A stretch of DNA of 64,000 bases, taken from the IMG/VR virus record IMGVR_UViG_3300020421_000003; one strand, 5' to 3'. A program made the position numbers and the translations under genes. This stretch comes from a virus. Positions 61,611-64,000 of the stretch are shown in pieces. Each line of letters opens with the position of its first letter. Within the stretch, counting starts at the first letter, position 1. The notes under the pieces were generated by a model that was given only the letters and a program-made list of their open reading frames with translations, searched no databases and was not told the origin of the DNA.

Positions 61611-62848
61611 CAAACGAGTGCAGTAGCGGGGACACCTTTAACAAAAATCTCATCAACAATACGCTGGAGACGCTTACAAACAGCGGCACCATAATTGCGA
61701 TGCACAGGCACAGTCACAAAACCTGTGGGTTTGTTATACAAACTCCACTGCTGTGGTTGTAACTCACCTGACTGCAATCGTGCAGCGTCATCACGATCGA
61801 GACGGATAACTCTGCCGATCGTTTGTGCCATCTCAACAACGTTAAGATTACGGAGTAAAATGCAATGAGTGAGACCAGGGACGTTGATACCCTCAGACAA
61901 AATAGAATAGTGGAAGATCACAAACTTGCGATCCTTTTCTTTGCCCCATTGTGTCAACGTCTCAAAGAATACCTCACGCGATACCTTGGTGCGATTGACA
62001 TATGCACCGAATTTAGATGTTACATGAAGCACATCGTAACCACGCTCAAACAACTCATGGAGGATATCTGTGCTGCCGAGGATGTTACCCAGCACACGAG
62101 AAGAAGGCACAGCAACCAACACTTTTGCAGCGTCAGTCTCATCGAGATTGTCGATGATGTCTTGCACAGTGTTACTGTGGACAAGGTGTGGATTCTTCTT
62201 ATCTACGCTGTGATCTGTCTCGAAAGGGACAATCGTAGGGGGGAGAATGTGACCGCCTTGGACTAACTCAGGAGCAGGCACATTGCACAGCACAGGACCA
62301 AAAACCTCAACGTTATTCATGCCACGATCATGACGATTAGAGACACGAGGTGTTGCAGTGAAAAAATACTTCATATCTGCATGAAGACTCATTGCAGCAA
62401 CAGGAATGAAGAAATTACGTGTGCAAGCATTGTGTGCTTCATCGAAATAGATAGCATCAACATCGATGCCACTATCTACAACACGGCGCAAAGAGTGATA
62501 AGTCGTGAATATAATGCAGGACTCATTTGCTGCTCGCGCAGTGTTATTGAAGAGAGCAAGTTTGTCGCTCTTAGTAGTAGAGAAATGATGTGTTTCACCG
62601 CTGTGGCAGTGTGCGACGTGTGTCCATGTGCCGCTGATGTGCTCCATGAACTCATCGCTGAGTTGATTAGCGAGCAGGATGCGCGGAGCAACGACGACGA
62701 TGGTGCGAGGTCCGTGCGTCAGCAGGTGACGAGCGTGCTCGATCATGATGATGGTCTTACCACCGCCCGTGGGGACGATCACCTGACCGTGACCAGTGGA
62801 GCAAAGCGCGTCGAGAGCGCGTGACTGGTGGGGACGGAGTGTGATCAA
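61610..62848 (-). CDS. SF2 DEAH-box helicase (ResIII-like)
   Basis: LRPHQ, VPTGGGKT, APRILLANQ, TTYHS, DEAH, TATP, SEGINVP, QTIGRVIR. Likely TTG start at 62848, because the track start lies upstream of a -10 box. Confidence 0.9.
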   Translation of the reverse strand: MITLRPHQSRALDALCSTGHGQVIVPTGGGKTIIMIEHARHLLTHGPRTIVVVAPRILLANQLSDEFMEHISGTWTHVAHCHSGETHHFSTTKSDKLALFNNTARAANESCIIFTTYHSLRRVVDSGIDVDAIYFDEAHNACTRNFFIPVAAMSLHADMKYFFTATPRVSNRHDRGMNNVEVFGPVLCNVPAPELVQGGHILPPTIVPFETDHSVDKKNPHLVHSNTVQDIIDNLDETDAAKVLVAVPSSRVLGNILGSTDILHELFERGYDVLHVTSKFGAYVNRTKVSREVFFETLTQWGKEKDRKFVIFHYSILSEGINVPGLTHCILLRNLNVVEMAQTIGRVIRLDRDDAARLQSGELQPQQWSLYNKPTGFVTVPVHRNYGAAVCKRLQRIVDEIFVKGVPATALV

Positions 62849-62874
62849 AATCTTGTTTGTTTGTCGATATAACA

Positions 62875-62944
62875 AGTATACAGGAAAACCCATGAAAAAG
62901 CACCCCCTAGAGGGTGCTGGTGTGCAGGTTAGTCGATTGTCACA
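62875..62944 (-). promoter_or_regulatory. Early promoter/terminator with upstream dyad (copy 2)
   Basis: -10 TATACT (62875-62880); hairpin AGCACCC/GGGTGCT plus U-tract (62895-62918); TGTGCAGGT...TCGATTGTCACA. Confidence 0.6.
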
Positions 62945-62947
62945 CTC

Positions 62948-63109
62948 TCAACGGTAGTCGCTGCAGATGTCATCGTAACTAGCACCAACGGGGACAGATT
63001 GACAGAATCGTGTCATCTTAGTCTCTTGAAATTGTGATACCTTGTTGATAGCACTGATGCCTATATTAGCACCAACGATGACAACAATCGCAGCAAGGAT
63101 AATTCTCAC
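62948..63109 (-). CDS. 53-aa small membrane protein
   Basis: Manual translation MRIILAAIVVIVGANIGISAINKVSQFQETKMTRFCQSVPVGASYDDICSDYR; GTGA overlap; N-terminal TM helix and two Cys. Confidence 0.7.
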   Translation of the reverse strand: MRIILAAIVVIVGANIGISAINKVSQFQETKMTRFCQSVPVGASYDDICSDYR

Positions 63110-63447
63110 TTAAGTGCCTCCAATGCGTTGCGGTGCTGATCATCGAAGATCGCTTGAGATACTGACTCGTTGATATACTCAAAGATGAATTGTTTGCACT
63201 CGTCAATGGTGTCAAACGTGGTGATTTGTGGGAAAATGTAGATTAGAGTGTGGTCTGCTGTGTATTGCTGACGACGTGCATTTACTCTATATTTTCCACC
63301 TTCTGCCATATTTTCAGTGATCTGAAATGCAGGAACTTTGATGCCTGCATCATTATAAATGCAGTCAAATTGAATGAATACGTCCTCACTGTAGAGGATA
63401 GAAGTGCCACTCACTGTGGTGTAATCAATGTCGATAGTCTCAATCAT
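63106..63447 (-). CDS. Hypothetical early protein
   Basis: Track ORF 63106..63486; the ATG at 63447 is preferred as start. Confidence 0.65.
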   Translation of the reverse strand: MIETIDIDYTTVSGTSILYSEDVFIQFDCIYNDAGIKVPAFQITENMAEGGKYRVNARRQQYTADHTLIYIFPQITTFDTIDECKQFIFEYINESVSQAIFDDQHRNALEALK

Positions 63448-63482
63448 GATGTTGTTAGATAGTGTGATTAGGTTAGACTCAA

Positions 63483-63680
63483 TCAAGCGTCGAAAGTCTC
63501 GTTGTAGACATCATAAAAGAGATCGAAGGCAGCGAGGTCACCAGCGAAGGGACGGGACTGATCAGCGACCCAATCGTATGCCATATCGAGATCAGCATCA
63601 GTGCTGAGCAGGAAGGCAGGCAGGTCGCGCAGCGCCTGGATGAAGGAGGAATCGGTGAGAAGCATTTTCTTGTTTGTCAT
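63483..63680 (-). CDS. Hypothetical acidic early protein, probably leaderless
   Basis: ATG at 63680 lies 6 nt after a TATGAT -10 box; AYDWV.D...DLFYDV.N. Confidence 0.65.
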   Translation of the reverse strand: MTNKKMLLTDSSFIQALRDLPAFLLSTDADLDMAYDWVADQSRPFAGDLAAFDLFYDVYNETFDA

Positions 63681-63686
63681 GTGCCA

Positions 63687-63755
63687 ATCATACCAGAACC
63701 AGGGGACCATGCAACGGGTTTTCCTGATTTTGGGTACAGTGCCTCGATTGGCACA
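63687..63755 (-). promoter_or_regulatory. Early promoter with upstream dyad (copy 3)
   Basis: TTGCAT-16-TATGAT; plus strand ATTTTGGGTACAGT-n8-TGGCACA. Confidence 0.7.
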
Positions 63756-63760
63756 CGGTC

Positions 63761-63946
63761 TCAGGTGTCGCTGGTGAGGTCGTCTGGATGTGCATTAGTT
63801 AATGCTAATTGTCGTTGAAGTTCATACTTTACAACGTTAGTGTGCTTGAGAATGTGCTTTGAATAATGGAAATCCTCAGCAAGTTTCTCAATGCTTCTAA
63901 TCTGTTGTAAAGCAGTCCTCAATCTACTAGCATTATTCAGGGACAT
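63761..63946 (-). CDS. Hypothetical early protein
   Basis: AL.QI..I..L.....Y...I..H...VKYEL.RQL.LT pattern; clean ATG ORF. Confidence 0.7.
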   Translation of the reverse strand: MSLNNASRLRTALQQIRSIEKLAEDFHYSKHILKHTNVVKYELQRQLALTNAHPDDLTSDT

Positions 63947-64000
63947 TACATCAATTAATCAGGGTATTATTTGGGATGAAGATAAACTCATACTCACCAT

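Noticed and set aside
61610-62893. Calling the helicase T4 UvsW
   Set aside because: It lacks a recognisable UvsW N-terminal region and sits in the early variable region; only the SF2/ResIII-like call is supported.
334-63462. All plus-strand ORFs in the track (e.g. 8558..9409, 29448..30311, 33714..34508)
   Set aside because: They are antisense shadows of long, codon-biased minus-strand genes, with no recognisable motifs or RBS.

Overview
The window is part of a T4-like marine cyanophage genome (cyanomyovirus, Kyanoviridae-type). Every credible gene is on the minus strand. Read in transcription direction (64 kb to 1), it has four parts. (1) An early region at ~58.5-64 kb with many tiny overlap-coupled ORFs, sigma70-type promoters, an SF2 helicase plus PD-(D/E)XK nuclease pair, a 2OG-Fe(II) oxygenase and a cluster of DnaA-box-like sites. 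(2) An NlpC/P60 protein, an AbrB-like protein, a 1268-aa Cys-rich protein and an expanded PAAR protein. (3) The baseplate/neck module: gp25, gp6, a giant 7072-aa gp7-like protein, a YHYH protein, a gp9/10-like fibre, gp8, a DUF4815/VrlC-like protein, a 2305-aa fibre, gp13, gp14, gp15 and gp16. (4) The variable island after g16, with putative internal head proteins, petE and the 5' end of talC. The most striking observations are about 6-7 tandem helical repeats in the giant gp7 that match phycobiliprotein motifs, including both bilin-attachment Cys positions; a capsid-targeted polyprotein ending in a SAM-lyase-like domain; cyanobacterial-type DnaA boxes between divergent promoters; and a complete type-1 copper motif at a fibre tip. 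All homology calls come from motif recognition by eye and recalled family consensus, not from database searches.
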